A stretch of DNA of 64,000 nt from an uncultured Solirubrobacteraceae bacterium (GTDB lineage Bacteria; Actinomycetota; Thermoleophilia; Solirubrobacterales; Solirubrobacteraceae), in the NCBI GenBank assembly GCA_963844155.1, contig CAWJMY010000001.1:692200-756199 (forward strand). The letters run 5' to 3'. Under the pieces are notes generated by a model. It saw only the letters and a program-made list of their open reading frames with translations, made no database searches and was not told where the DNA came from. The position numbers and the translations under genes were made by a program. Position 1 is the first letter of the stretch. Every line of letters starts with the position of its first letter. This document shows, one piece after another, positions 18,737-29,663 of this stretch.

Positions 18737-19510
18737 ATGGGTTCCGTCACCTCCTCCCGCACCGGCGACGGGGTCGCCACCCTCGAGCTCGCCGGCGCGA
18801 TCGACCTGGACTGGGCGCGCGCGCTGCGCGACCACGCGGTCGCCCTGCAGGGCGAGGCGGACGTGCGGGTCGTGCTCCTGGCCGCGGAGGGCAAGCTCTT
18901 CTGCCCCGGCGGCGACCTGCGCTGGATGGCCGCGCAGCCCGACGCCCGCGCGGCGTTGGCCGAGCTCGCCGGGACGCTGCACGAGGGGCTCGTCGCGCTC
19001 GCCGCGGTCCCGGCCCCCGTCGTCGCGCGCGTGCAGGGCCCGGCCGCGGGCGCGGGCTTCTCGCTCGTCATGGCCGCGGACCTCGCGCTCGCCGGCGCGT
19101 CGGCCTCCTTCACGATGGCCTACACGGGGGTCGGCCTCTCCCCGGACGGCGGCTCCTCGTGGCTGCTGCCCCGGCTGGTCGGGCGCCGCCGCGCGGCGGA
19201 CATCATCCTCACGAACCGCCGGGTCGGCGCGGAGGAGGCCGAGCGGATCGGCCTGGTGAGCCGCACGGTCCCCGACGAGGAGCTCGCCGCCGCCACGGAC
19301 GAGCTCGTGGCCCAGCTCGCGGCGGGCCCGACGGGCTCCTACGCCGCGGCCAAGCGGCTGCTCGACGCGTCCTGGGGCGCGACCCCCGAGGAGGCCATGG
19401 CCGCCGAGGCCGCCTCGATCGCCGAGCTCGCCGCGGGCCCGCTCGGCCAGGAGGGCATCGCCGCCTTCCTCGAGAAGCGCCGGCCGGACTTCCGCACCGC
19501 GGCGGGCTGA
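18737..19510 (+). CDS. Enoyl-CoA hydratase/isomerase
   Basis: FCPGGDL, GPAAGAG, GLSPDGG, EGIAAFLEKRRPDF. Confidence 0.9.
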   Translation: MGSVTSSRTGDGVATLELAGAIDLDWARALRDHAVALQGEADVRVVLLAAEGKLFCPGGDLRWMAAQPDARAALAELAGTLHEGLVALAAVPAPVVARVQGPAAGAGFSLVMAADLALAGASASFTMAYTGVGLSPDGGSSWLLPRLVGRRRAADIILTNRRVGAEEAERIGLVSRTVPDEELAAATDELVAQLAAGPTGSYAAAKRLLDASWGATPEEAMAAEAASIAELAAGPLGQEGIAAFLEKRRPDFRTAAG

Positions 19511-19540
19511 GCGCCGGGAGCGTCGCCGCCACGCGCGCGG

Positions 19541-19880
19541 TCACCGACGGCGTCCTCGCGGATCCGGTTCCGCGCCGCCCCACGTCTCCCGGGCGGCGTC
19601 GAAGCGCTCCCAGTCGACGAGCCCCGAGCGGCGCACCGGCCTGGCGGGCGGCACCCGGGCGACCTCGAGCGCGACCGCGGCCACGGGTGCGGTGAGCACC
19701 GCCGAGGAAGAGCGCCGCGAGGAGGCGCCCGTCCCCGAGCAGCCCGGCGGCCATGAGGACCATCGCGGCGGCGGCGACCAGGACGAGGGCGCACATGGGG
19801 TCGTCCCAGGCCAGCCTGCGGCGGGTGCGCCAGCCGAGGGCGCCCAGGACCAGGCCGGCGGCGAGGGTGCCGGGGAGCAC
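19541..19880 (-). CDS. Small hypothetical membrane protein (frameshift near 19695)
   Basis: Hydrophobic N-terminal part; continues in another frame to ...VDWERFDAARETW...*. Confidence 0.35.
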
Positions 19881-19992
19881 TCCCGGATCGTCGCAGACCG
19901 CGCGCGAGCCGGGCGCAGGATCGACGTTCGGGTGATCGCCCGTGGGGGAACGTGCGAACACCCCCCGAGATCCCCGACCAGGAGGACCCACG

Positions 19993-20355
19993 ATGAGCAC
20001 AGAAGCGGGACCCCCGGCGACCGGCGGCGAGGTCGACGCGGAGACGGCGGCGCGGCTCGCCCGCAACGAGGCCGCCTTCCGGCAGGTCAACGAGGCGCTG
20101 GAAGCCGGCGCCCGCGGCGACGACGCGGTCTTCGTCTGCGAGTGCGCCACCCTGGGCTGCAACGCGACGGTGCGCCTCTCCCTGGCCGAGTACGAGGCGC
20201 TGCGGACGGACTTCGTCCGCTTCCTCGTGCTCCCGGGCCACCAGGACGTCGTCGACCGCGTCGTGGAGGACCACGGGAGCTACCTCGTCGTGGAGAAGGT
20301 CGGCCACGCGGTCCCGGTCGCCCGGGCCACCGATCCTCGTGCCGGCAGCCGGTGA
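19993..20355 (+). CDS. Hypothetical protein with FxCECxxxxC and PGH motifs
   Basis: GGAGG RBS; ARNEAAFRQVNE...FVCECATLGC...FLVLPGH. Confidence 0.75.
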   Translation: MSTEAGPPATGGEVDAETAARLARNEAAFRQVNEALEAGARGDDAVFVCECATLGCNATVRLSLAEYEALRTDFVRFLVLPGHQDVVDRVVEDHGSYLVVEKVGHAVPVARATDPRAGSR

Positions 20356-20777
20356 GCGTCCCCGACCTCCGCACCCGTCCGCCCGACCAGCGCTGCCTGG
20401 TCGACGTCGTCCTGCCGGCCACGTCCGGCTCGGTCCCCGTCCTGCGCCACCTCGTGACCGCGCTCGCCGTCGCGGCGGGCGCCGGGAAGGAGACGACGGC
20501 GGTCATCGCGCTCTGCACGACGGAGGCCGTGACGAACGCCGTCCTGCACGCCTACCCCGAGGCGACGGAGGAGCCCCAGGTGCGCGTCACCGCCGACGCC
20601 TCGGAGGGGACCTTCGAGGTCGTCGTGACCGACCACGGCCAGGGGATGCTGGCCCGGCCCTCGAACGCCGGCGGGCTCGGCCAGGGGCTGAAGATCATCG
20701 CCCGCTGCGCGGCCCGCTTCGGGGTCGACGAGCTCCCCGAGGGCGGCACCGCGGTCTGGATGCGCTTCGTGCTCTGA
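20352..20777 (+). CDS. RsbW-like anti-sigma factor / HATPase_c_2
   Basis: TEAVTNAVLHAY, VTDHGQG, GLGQGLKII, GTAVWMRF; GTGA overlap with the upstream gene. Confidence 0.85.
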   Translation: MSVPDLRTRPPDQRCLVDVVLPATSGSVPVLRHLVTALAVAAGAGKETTAVIALCTTEAVTNAVLHAYPEATEEPQVRVTADASEGTFEVVVTDHGQGMLARPSNAGGLGQGLKIIARCAARFGVDELPEGGTAVWMRFVL

Positions 20778-20786
20778 CGCGCCCCG

Positions 20787-21821
20787 TCAGACCATCGTGA
20801 GGACCATCCGGAAGCGCGCGTCGCCGGCCATCATCTTGTCGTAGGCCGCCTGGGCCTCGGCGAGCGGCATGGTCTCGATCGTCGGCCGCACGCCCGTGAG
20901 CGCGGAGAAGCGCAGGGTGTCCTCCGAGTCCTGCGACGTCCCCGACGCGTGGCCCTGGACGGCGGTCGAGCCCGGGATGAGCGCGAAGGGCGGGACCTGC
21001 ATGGGGTCGGCGGAGGCGCCGACGACGACGAGCTGGCCCCGGGGCTTGAGGCCGGGGAGCGGGGAGGTCATCGCCTCCGCCGCGGTGATCGTCACGAGCA
21101 CGACCTGGGCGCCGCCGAGCTTCGAGAGCTCCTCGCCGACGTCCGAGGCCGTGGAGTCGATGTAGTGGTGGGCGCCGAGCTCCTTCGCCAGCGGCCCCTT
21201 CTCCTCGCCACGGGCGATGGCGACGACCTCGAAGCCCATCTTCGCCGCGTACTGGATGCCGAGGTGGCCGAGGCCGCCGACGCCGAGGATCGCCACGAGG
21301 TCGCCGGGCCGGGCGACGGACTCGCGCAGGGCGTTGAAGGTCGTGATGCCCGCGCAGAGCAGCGGCGCGGCGTCGACCGCGGAGAGGTCGTCCGGGATGC
21401 GGGCCAGCGCCTCGGCCGGGGCGACCATGTGCTCCGCGTAGCCGCCGTCGTAGGCGATGCCGGCGACCCGTCCGTTCTCGCAGGAGATGAAGTCGCCGCG
21501 CCGGCAGGGCTCGCAGACGAAGCAGCAGCCGCCGAACCAGCCGACCCCGACGCGGTCGCCGACGGCCCAGCCCGTCACGCCCTCGCCCAGGGCGTCGACC
21601 TCTCCCGCGACCTCGTGGCCCGGCGCGCGGGGGAAGTCGTTGCCCATGGCGCCCATGACCGTCAGGGAGTCCGAGTGGCACACGCCGCACGCGTGGACGC
21701 GCACGCGGACCTCGCCGGGGCCGGGCTCCGGGACGTCGACGTCGACGAGCTCGAAGGGGGCGTCGGCCGCGGGAACGCGGGCCATCTTCATCTTGGCGGG
21801 GGTGCTCGGGGATGCGCTCAT
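20787..21821 (-). CDS. Zn-dependent alcohol dehydrogenase
   Basis: CGVCHSD, PGHEVAG, four-Cys structural Zn site, GVGGLGH. Confidence 0.92.
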   Translation of the reverse strand: MSASPSTPAKMKMARVPAADAPFELVDVDVPEPGPGEVRVRVHACGVCHSDSLTVMGAMGNDFPRAPGHEVAGEVDALGEGVTGWAVGDRVGVGWFGGCCFVCEPCRRGDFISCENGRVAGIAYDGGYAEHMVAPAEALARIPDDLSAVDAAPLLCAGITTFNALRESVARPGDLVAILGVGGLGHLGIQYAAKMGFEVVAIARGEEKGPLAKELGAHHYIDSTASDVGEELSKLGGAQVVLVTITAAEAMTSPLPGLKPRGQLVVVGASADPMQVPPFALIPGSTAVQGHASGTSQDSEDTLRFSALTGVRPTIETMPLAEAQAAYDKMMAGDARFRMVLTMV

Positions 21822-21889
21822 GCCCCCACCCTCCCCCATCGGCGTCCCGCGCACCCCGTCGTGGCGCGACGCCGTGCCCCGGGCGCGGC

Positions 21890-22486
21890 TCAGTCCGTGC
21901 GGAAGATCCGCCCGAGGGAGCCCGGGCGACGGCGGACCTGACCCAGCACCTGCCCCGCGATGTGCGGGCGGATCCCCTTGGGCGGGACCCGCGCGTCGAG
22001 CGCGCGGAGGAAGTCCCCGCCCAGGCCGAGCGGGCGGATGCGGTCGCGGGTGAGGTCCGCGAGGTCCGCGCGGCGCAGGAGCTCGGCCTCGGGCCCGCGC
22101 GCCCACTGCGCGCGGCGCGCGTGGTGCTGCTCGACGGCCTCGCCCGCGCGCGTGGCGCGCTCCGCGGGCCACGCGTGCCGCGCCGCGAGCTCCTCCGCGA
22201 GCACCCGCCCGTCCGTGACGTAGGCCTCGCCGGGCTCGGGGTCGGCGACGTAGAGGCCGAGGTCGTGGAGGAGCGCGGCGACGAGCAGCAGCTCCCGGTC
22301 CAGGGCGAGCCCGCGGCGCCGCCCGGCTTCCTCGGCGATGAGGAAGACCCGCAGGCCGTGGCGCTCCATCGGGCCGCCCGAGGCTCCCGTCAGGCGGCGG
22401 AGCACCCCGAGCGCGTCCCGCTCGGCCGCCGTGCCGGCGAGCGCGTCGGCGGCGTCGCGGGTGGTCGTGGCGGCGGCGGCGCTCAT
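21890..22486 (-). CDS. HD domain protein
   Basis: HGLRVF...ALLHDLGL...EQHH...ADLAD. Confidence 0.75.
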   Translation of the reverse strand: MSAAAATTTRDAADALAGTAAERDALGVLRRLTGASGGPMERHGLRVFLIAEEAGRRRGLALDRELLLVAALLHDLGLYVADPEPGEAYVTDGRVLAEELAARHAWPAERATRAGEAVEQHHARRAQWARGPEAELLRRADLADLTRDRIRPLGLGGDFLRALDARVPPKGIRPHIAGQVLGQVRRRPGSLGRIFRTD

Positions 22487-22498
22487 GGGCGGGCGATC

Positions 22499-23023
22499 CT
22501 ACGTGGGGACCCGGTACCGCCGCTTGGGCACCGCGGCGCCGGGCTCGACCGCGTGGCGCTCGAAGACGCCACCGCAGGCCTCGATGGTCCGGGCGCTCGC
22601 GACGTTCGGTTCGTCGCAGGTGACCAGCGCCTGGGCCACGCCCGCGGCCCGGGCGACCCCGAGCGCCCGGCGGAGGATCTCCGTCGCGTGGCCCCGGCCC
22701 CGGTCGGCGGGCCGCACGCCGTAGCCGATGTGACCGCCGACCTCCGCCAGGTAGGGGGTGAGCTCGTGGCGCACGGAGACGCGGCCGACGATCCGCCCGC
22801 CCACGTCGGCGACCAGGAACGTGGCGGGCACCCGGCCCGGCGCGAGCCCGCGGCCGTGGCGCATCTCCTCCAGGCGCCGGACGTACGCGGACCAGGGCTC
22901 CCCGGGCCGCTCGTCGAGCAGGAACTCGAAGGAGTCCGCGGCGAGCTCCGCGTGGGCGGCGCGGGCCTCGACCTCGTCGTCGTCGGTGAGCGGCCGCAGG
23001 CGCAAGGACGGGTCGCCGGCCAT
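22499..23023 (-). CDS. GNAT N-acetyltransferase
   Basis: GGHIGYGVRPADRGRGHAT, NVASARTIEACGG. Confidence 0.88.
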   Translation of the reverse strand: MAGDPSLRLRPLTDDDEVEARAAHAELAADSFEFLLDERPGEPWSAYVRRLEEMRHGRGLAPGRVPATFLVADVGGRIVGRVSVRHELTPYLAEVGGHIGYGVRPADRGRGHATEILRRALGVARAAGVAQALVTCDEPNVASARTIEACGGVFERHAVEPGAAVPKRRYRVPT

Positions 23024-23057
23024 GCGCGGAGCCTCGCACGGCGCTACAACCCGGGGG

Positions 23058-23903
23058 GTGCTGACCCTCGGCCTCGGCCTCGCCGCCTCGCTCGTCTGGG
23101 GGACCGCGGACTTCCTCGGCGGCTTGAGCGCGCGCCGAGGCTCCCTCTGGGCGGTCGTGGTCGTGGCGCAGCTCGGCGGCCTCGCGCTCGCGGCGACGGT
23201 CTTCCTGCTCGCCGCCGGGAGCGCCCCGGGCGCCGGGGCGCTCGGGGCCGCCGCGGGCGCGGGCGTGGCCGGGGCGGTGGCGATCGCCGCCTTCTACCGC
23301 GCCCTGGCCGTCGGGACCATGGGTGTCGTGGCCCCCGTCGCCGCCACGGGCGCGGTGGTCCCCTTCGTCGTCGGCGTGCTCGGCGGGGAGCGCCCCTCCG
23401 CCCTGCAGCTCGCGGGCGCCGTCCTGGCCACCGCGGGCGTCGTGCTCGCGGCGCGCGGGCCGGGCGACGGCACGGGGGCCCGGGGCGGGCGCACCGCCCT
23501 GGCGCTCGCGGGTGTTGCCGCGCTCGGCTTCGGGCTGCTCTTCGTCGGCCTCGAGCGGGCGGGGGACGAGGACCCCTACTGGGCGATCCTGGTCGCGCGG
23601 GCCACCGCGGCGATCCTCGTCCTCGGCGCCGCCGGCCTCGCCCGCTCCCGGGTGACCTTCCCCCGCGGAGCCCCGGCCCTCGGGCTCCTCGCGCTGGTCG
23701 GCGTGCTCGACACGGGGGCGAACGTCCTCTTCGTCCTGGCGGCGCGCGAGGGCCTGCTCAGCGTCGTGAGCGTCCTGGGCTCCCTCTACCCCGCGGTCAC
23801 CGTCGTGCTCGCGCGGGTCGGGCTGCAGGAGCGGCTGCTCCGGGTGCAGGCCGCCGGGGTCGTGCTGACCCTCGGCGGCGTCGCGGCGATCGCGGCGGGC
23901 TAG
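23058..23903 (+). CDS. EamA/DMT transporter
   Basis: About 10 TM segments; WGTADFLGG; [11 protein letters not shown]. Confidence 0.85.
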   Translation: MLTLGLGLAASLVWGTADFLGGLSARRGSLWAVVVVAQLGGLALAATVFLLAAGSAPGAGALGAAAGAGVAGAVAIAAFYRALAVGTMGVVAPVAATGAVVPFVVGVLGGERPSALQLAGAVLATAGVVLAARGPGDGTGARGGRTALALAGVAALGFGLLFVGLERAGDEDPYWAILVARATAAILVLGAAGLARSRVTFPRGAPALGLLALVGVLDTGANVLFVLAAREGLLSVVSVLGSLYPAVTVVLARVGLQERLLRVQAAGVVLTLGGVAAIAAG

Positions 23904-26566
23904 CCCTGGGAGGGGTCGATCCCCCGCACGGCCGCCTGGGCCGCCGCGACCCGCGCGACGGGCACCCGGTAGGGCGAGCAGGAGACGTAGTCGATGCCCG
24001 AGTGGTGGAAGAAGTCGATGGAGTCCGGGTCGCCGCCGTGCTCCCCGCAGACCCCGAGCTTCAGGTCGCCCTTCGCCTTGCGGCCGAGCCAGGCGCCCAT
24101 GCGCAGCATCTGCCCGACCCCGGGCGCGTCGATCGTCTCGAACGGGGAGCGGTCGAGGATCTTCGTCTCGATGTAGCGCCCGAGGATCTTCCCCTCGATG
24201 TCGTCCCGGGAGAACCCGAGCGCGGTCTGGGTCAGGTCGTTCGTCCCGAAGGAGAAGAAGTCCGCGAACTCCGCGATGGCGTCGGCCTGGAAGCAGGCCC
24301 GCGGCAGCTCGATCATCGTGCCGACGAGGAAGTCCTCGCCCGACGGTGAGGCCCGCTTCCTCGCCGCTCTGGACGACCAGCCCGCGCATGAGCTCGAGCT
24401 CGCGCTCGTAGTCCACCAGGGGGATCATCACCTCGAGGTGCGGCGCGACCCCCGAGCGCTCCCGGACGGCGGCCGCCGCGGCGAAGATCGCGTCGGCCTG
24501 CATCCGGTAGATCTCCGGGTAGAGGATCCCGAGGCGCACCCCGCGGGTGCCCAGCATGGGGTTCGTCTCCTCGAGCGCCTTCACGCGCTCCCAGCGTCTT
24601 CTCGAGGGCGGCGAGGTCGTCGGAGACCTCGATGCGCGCGCGCTCCACCTGCTTCTCGACGTCGGCCTTGTCCGGGAGGAACTCGTGCAGGGGCGGGTCG
24701 AGCAGGCGGATCGTGACGGGCAGGCCGGCCATGGCCTCGAAGAGCCCCTCGAAGTCCTCCTGCTGCAGGGGCCGCAGCGCCTCGAGGCAGCGCTGCCGGG
24801 TCTCGAGGTCGTCCGCGAGGATGACGTCGGCCATGAGGGGCTGGCGGTCGCCGAGGAACATGTGCTCCGTCCGGCACAGGCCGATGCCCTGGGCGCCGAA
24901 GCCCCGCGCCTTCTCGGCGTCCTCGGGCGAGTCCGCGTTGGCCCGCACGCCGAGCTGGCGCGCCGCGTCGGCCCACTCGAGCACCCGCAGGAACTGCTCG
25001 GAGACCTCGGGCTCGACGACGGGGACCTCCTCGACCGTGATGGAGCCCGTGGAGCCGTCGATGGCGATGTGGTCGCCCTCGTGCAGGACCGTGTCGCCGA
25101 CCCGGACCTCGCGGGCGCGCAGGTCGATGTCGAGGTCCGAGGCGCCCGTGACCGCCGGGCGGCCCATCCCGCGCGCGACGAGCGCCGCGTGGGAGGCCTT
25201 CCCGCCCTCGGAGGTGAGGATCCCCTTCGCGGCGTGGAAGCCCGCGACGTCCTCGGCCTCCGTGAAGGGCCGGACGAGCACGACGTCGCGGCCGTCGGCC
25301 TCCGCGGCCACGGCCTCGTCGGCGGTGAAGACGATCGCGCCCTGCGCGGCCCCGGGCGAGGCCGCGACGCCCCGGGCCAGCACGGCGTACTCCGAGGCGG
25401 GGTCGAACGTCGGGTGCAGCAGCGCGTCCAGGCCCTCCGCGTCGATCGTCAGCAGCGCCGCGCGCGGGTCCATCAGGCCCTCGGCGACCGCGTCGACCGC
25501 GAAGCGCACCGCGGCCTGCGCGGGCCGCTTCGCGTTGCGGGTCTGGAGCATGTAGAGCTGCCCCTCCTCCACGGTGAACTCCACGTCCTGCATGTCGCCG
25601 TAGTGGCCCTCGAGGCGGCGCAGGACCCCCATGAGCTCCGCGTGGACCTCGGGCAGCCAGCCCTCGAGCTCCGCGATGTCGCGGGTGTTGCGGACGCCGG
25701 AGACGACGTCCTCCCCCTGGGCGTTCGGGAGGAAGTCGCCGCTCGGCTCGGGCGCGCCCGTGACCTCGTCGCGCGAGAACGCGACCCCGGAGCCGCTCGT
25801 GTCGCCCTTGTTGCCGAAGACCATCTGCTGGACGTTGACCGCCGTCCCCCAGTCGTCCGGGATGCGGTTGATGCGCCGGTAGTGCACGGCACGGTCCCCG
25901 GTCCAGGAGTCGAACACCGCGCGGATCGCGCCGTCGAGCTGCTCGCGCGGGTCCTGCGGGAACGGCTCGCCCGTCTCCTCCGTGTAGAGCGCCTTGAACG
26001 CCTCGACGAGCTCCTGCAGCGCCGCGACGTCGAGCTCCGTGTCGTCCTGCACGCCGCGGGCGGACTTCGCGTCGGCGATCGCCTGCTCGATGCGCTCGCC
26101 CGGCACGCCCTTGACGACGTTGCCGTACATCTGCACGAAGCGCCGGTAGGAGTCCCAGGCGAAGCGCTCGTTCTCCGTCTTGGCGCGCCAGGCCCTGCAC
26201 GGACTCGTCGTTGAGGCCGAGGTTCAGGACCGTGTCGAGCATCCCGGGCATGGACTCGCGCGCGCCGGAGCGCACGGAGACGAGCAGGGGGTCCTCCGCG
26301 TCGCCGAGCCGCTTGCCCGCCGCCTCCTCGAGCGCCGCCAGCGAGGCGGCCAGCTGCTCCTCGAGGCCCTCGGGGAAGTCCTTCGCCTCCATGTAGGCGA
26401 CGCAGGCCTCCGTCGTGATCGTGAAGCCGGCCGGGACCTTGTCCGCCCCGAGGATGCGCGTCATCTCCGCGACGTTCGCCCCCTTCCCGCCGAGGAGGTC
26501 GCGCATGTCGCGCCCGCCCTCCGCGAAGCCGTAGGTCCATTGGGTGCGTGCCGCGACGTCCGTCAT
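23900..26566 (-). CDS. ppdK: Pyruvate, phosphate dikinase (frameshifts near 26180, 24590 and 24340)
   Basis: [77 protein letters not shown] spread over successive frames. Confidence 0.92.
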
Positions 26567-26585
26567 CTCCGGCACTCCTACCCGC

Positions 26586-27752
26586 TCAGCCCGGAACTGG
26601 TGCCGTCGCCGTGCTCCGCGGGTCGATGAGGATCTTCGCGTGGGCCTCGGGGTCCCCGAGCGCCGCGAAGGCCGCTTCCACGCCGTCCAGCCCGACGGTC
26701 CCCGTGATGAGCGGCCGCGGGTCGACCTCCCCCTCCGCGAGCTGGTGCAGCGTGTCACGGAACTCGAGCGGGGTGTAGCCGATGACGAAGCGCAGGTCGA
26801 GCTCCTTGTTGATCGCCATGGCCGGGGTGAAGCGATCCTCCCCGACGCAGACGCCGACCACCACGACCCGGGAGAAGAGCGGCGCGCCGTCGATGATCGA
26901 CTCGATGACGCCGGGCATGCCCACGCACTCGAAGATGACGGGGGCCTTCGGCTTCGCGCCGAGGCGCTCGGCCAGGCGCCACACGTGCCACCAGTCCACG
27001 GGCAGGCGCCCGAGCTTCTCCCGGGTCCCGACCGCGAGCTCGAGCGCCGCCGGGATGTCGTCGAGGTGCCCGTGGCCCTTGGCCGCGGCCCAGGGCGTGC
27101 CGACCGCGGGGTCCACCACGACGTCGGCCCCGCAGCGGGTCGCCAGCGCGCGGCGCCCCGGCGAGAAGTCGCTGGCGATGACCGTCCGCACCCCCTGCGC
27201 CTTGAGCATGAGGATCACCCCGAGCCCCACGGGCCCGCAGCCCACGACGATCGCCACCTGCTTCTTGGCGACCTCGCCGCGGCGGACCGCGTGGTGGGCC
27301 ACGGCCATGGGCTCCGTGAGGGCGGCGACGTCGAGCCCGAGCCCGTTCGGGACCGGGAGCACGAGCGACTCCTCCGCGAGCACCTGCTCCGCGTAGGCGC
27401 CGGGCGCGTGGAGGGAGAGCCCCGTGCCGTCGACCCCCTGCGGCCCGCGCAGCAGCGGGAAGGCCACGACGGGCGTGCCGTCGGGGACCTTCGCCTTGCC
27501 GCCCGGGCCGTGCTCGACGACCTCCCCGGAGAACTCGTGCCCGAAGACCAGCGCGTCGCTCGAGCGCCCGAGGCGGGTGTAGCCGGCCTTCGCCGTGAGG
27601 TCGGCCCAGTCGTCGATGCCGTGGCGCGCGTGGAGGTCCGAGCCGCAGATGCCGCAGCGGTGGACGCGCAGGCGGACCTGGCCACGACCAGGGTCCGGGT
27701 CGGGCTGGTCGGCGACCTCGAGCTCGGCGTGGCGGCAGACGACGGCCCTCAT
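26586..27752 (-). CDS. Zinc-binding (MDR) dehydrogenase
   Basis: [29 protein letters not shown]. Confidence 0.9.
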   Translation of the reverse strand: MRAVVCRHAELEVADQPDPDPGRGQVRLRVHRCGICGSDLHARHGIDDWADLTAKAGYTRLGRSSDALVFGHEFSGEVVEHGPGGKAKVPDGTPVVAFPLLRGPQGVDGTGLSLHAPGAYAEQVLAEESLVLPVPNGLGLDVAALTEPMAVAHHAVRRGEVAKKQVAIVVGCGPVGLGVILMLKAQGVRTVIASDFSPGRRALATRCGADVVVDPAVGTPWAAAKGHGHLDDIPAALELAVGTREKLGRLPVDWWHVWRLAERLGAKPKAPVIFECVGMPGVIESIIDGAPLFSRVVVVGVCVGEDRFTPAMAINKELDLRFVIGYTPLEFRDTLHQLAEGEVDPRPLITGTVGLDGVEAAFAALGDPEAHAKILIDPRSTATAPVPG

Positions 27753-27827
27753 GCGACGGTGGCCGGATCAGGCGTGCGGAGCATGGCGCGAGCCTGCCAC
27801 ATCGTTGGTTTCTGACGCCACGGCCTT

Positions 27828-29630
27828 TTGGCGCATGGACGCTCGTGGAGGCATCTCGCCATTCGCATACTTCGCAAAGTGTCGCGTAGCCGCTCTCACA
27901 TCGGGGCCCCACGCGCAGTCGGTCTCCACGCACTCGGCGGGGTCGAGGCGCGGCTCGTCGAACTGGGTTCCGCAGCGCTGGGGGAGACCTCCATCCTCTT
28001 CTTCGACGAGGACCAGCGCATCGTCGCGGTCCACGGCGACCCCGCCGCGCCGCTCGGCTGGCCCGAGGTCGGCGCGGTGGGCTCCCACGTGGTCGACGCC
28101 CTGCCGACGGCGCTCCGCGAGACCCTCGCACCGCTCTTCGAGCAGACGCTCCGGGGCGCGACCCCGGTCGCCCGGCTGCCGGGCCCCGACGGGACCACGA
28201 TGTACGAGACGGCCTTCCTCCCCGTTCGCGACGCCGACACGACGATCGGAGGCACCGCCGTCACGCGCCGGATCCGTCCCCCGGGCGCGTCCGCCGGCGC
28301 GCGCAGCTACGAACTGGCCTTCCACGCCACGAGGCTCTGCCTCGCCCTCGTCACGCCGAACGCGGTCGGGCCGCGCGTTCTCACCGAGGTCAACGGGGCG
28401 TTGGCCGACCTCTTCGGGTACACGCCGGAGGAGATGGTCGGGATGGAGACGACGCAGCTCACCCACCCCGCCGACCGCGCGCGCGGCGCCGAGGCAGCCC
28501 GGGTCCTGGCGGCCCGCGAGCTCCCGGTGATCGACATGGAGCGGCGTCTGCTGCGCAAGGACGGCAGCACGTTCTGGGGCAGCGTGCAGGCGTCGCTGCT
28601 GGCCGAGGAGGGCAAGCCGCCCCATGCCGTCATCGCGCACGTCCTGACCATCGACGACCGCAAGCGCACCGAGATGGCGCTCCAGAAGGCACGCGACGCG
28701 CTCCTGGAGTCCCAGCGCCACGCGGACGTCGGCAGCTTCGAGGTCACCGCGGACCGGGTCCTGCTCCTCTCGGAGCAGCTCGGCCGGATGCTCGGGGTGG
28801 ACCCGGTCGCCGAGCCCCCGCGCCTGGAGGACGTCGTGGAGCGCGTGCACCCGGAAGATCGCGACCGCGTCCGGGACCTCCTGCGGCGGCCCGACCGCCG
28901 GGGTGCCCTCGAGCTGCGCTACCAACGCGCGGACGGTCGCGATGCCTGGCTCGAGGTCGTCACCGCGCCGGCGCCGACCGCCCGGGGAGGCGCCGACGCG
29001 ATGCGTGGCACGATCCGCGAGATCACGGTCCAACGCGACCTCCAGGACGCGCTCGCCGTGGCCGAGCGCGTCCGTCGGGCGTTCGAGGTCTCCCCGGTCG
29101 CCCAGGTCGTGCTCGACTGCGACGACGGCCTGCGGGTCGCCCACACCAACGCGGCGGCAGCGCAGCTGCTGGGCTGCACCCAGGACGAGCTCGCCGGCGT
29201 TCCGCTGCACGCGCGCTTCCCCGGGGGCACGCTCCCAGCGCAGCTCGCCCTCCGGCTGTCGGCCGACGACGGCGGGTCCGCCGGCCTCCTGCAGCTGCTG
29301 CGGAACGACGGGTCACTCGTCGCCGCGATCGTGGAGGTTCGACGGATGCCCTCCGCCGAGCGCGGGCAGGGGTCGCTGCTGCTCGTCCTGCACACCCCCG
29401 GGGCGCGTCGATGCACGAGCCCACCGGACGAGACCCCGGAGCTCACGGAGCGGGAGCTCGAGGTCCTGCAGCACGTGGCCGACGGCCGCGCGGGTGGGGA
29501 GATCGCCGACGTCCTGCACGTGAGCGCGGAGACGGTGAAGACCCACCTGCGCCGCATCTACTCGAAGCTCGGCGTCAGCGACCGGGCGGCAGCGGTGGCC
29601 ACCGCGATGCGGACCGGCCTCATCTCCTGA
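27828..29630 (+). CDS. Multi-PAS LuxR-family transcriptional regulator (start uncertain)
   Basis: PAS/PAC motifs (THPADR, RKDGSTFW, VHPEDR); C-terminal LTERELEVL...TVKTHLRRIYSKLGV. Confidence 0.85.
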   Translation: MAHGRSWRHLAIRILRKVSRSRSHIGAPRAVGLHALGGVEARLVELGSAALGETSILFFDEDQRIVAVHGDPAAPLGWPEVGAVGSHVVDALPTALRETLAPLFEQTLRGATPVARLPGPDGTTMYETAFLPVRDADTTIGGTAVTRRIRPPGASAGARSYELAFHATRLCLALVTPNAVGPRVLTEVNGALADLFGYTPEEMVGMETTQLTHPADRARGAEAARVLAARELPVIDMERRLLRKDGSTFWGSVQASLLAEEGKPPHAVIAHVLTIDDRKRTEMALQKARDALLESQRHADVGSFEVTADRVLLLSEQLGRMLGVDPVAEPPRLEDVVERVHPEDRDRVRDLLRRPDRRGALELRYQRADGRDAWLEVVTAPAPTARGGADAMRGTIREITVQRDLQDALAVAERVRRAFEVSPVAQVVLDCDDGLRVAHTNAAAAQLLGCTQDELAGVPLHARFPGGTLPAQLALRLSADDGGSAGLLQLLRNDGSLVAAIVEVRRMPSAERGQGSLLLVLHTPGARRCTSPPDETPELTERELEVLQHVADGRAGGEIADVLHVSAETVKTHLRRIYSKLGVSDRAAAVATAMRTGLIS

Positions 29631-29663
29631 TCCGGGGTACCCAGTTCTCGGCGCGACGACGTC

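Noticed and set aside
20787-24584. 1265-aa ORF joining a PPDK fragment to alcohol dehydrogenase
   Set aside because: Chance stop-free frame; the middle is low-complexity and overlaps the real HD, GNAT and DMT genes.
23900-26566. ppdK as a pseudogene or programmed frameshift
   Set aside because: All motifs are intact, and similar indels hit pstSCAB, modA and the MFS gene; sequencing error is the simpler explanation.
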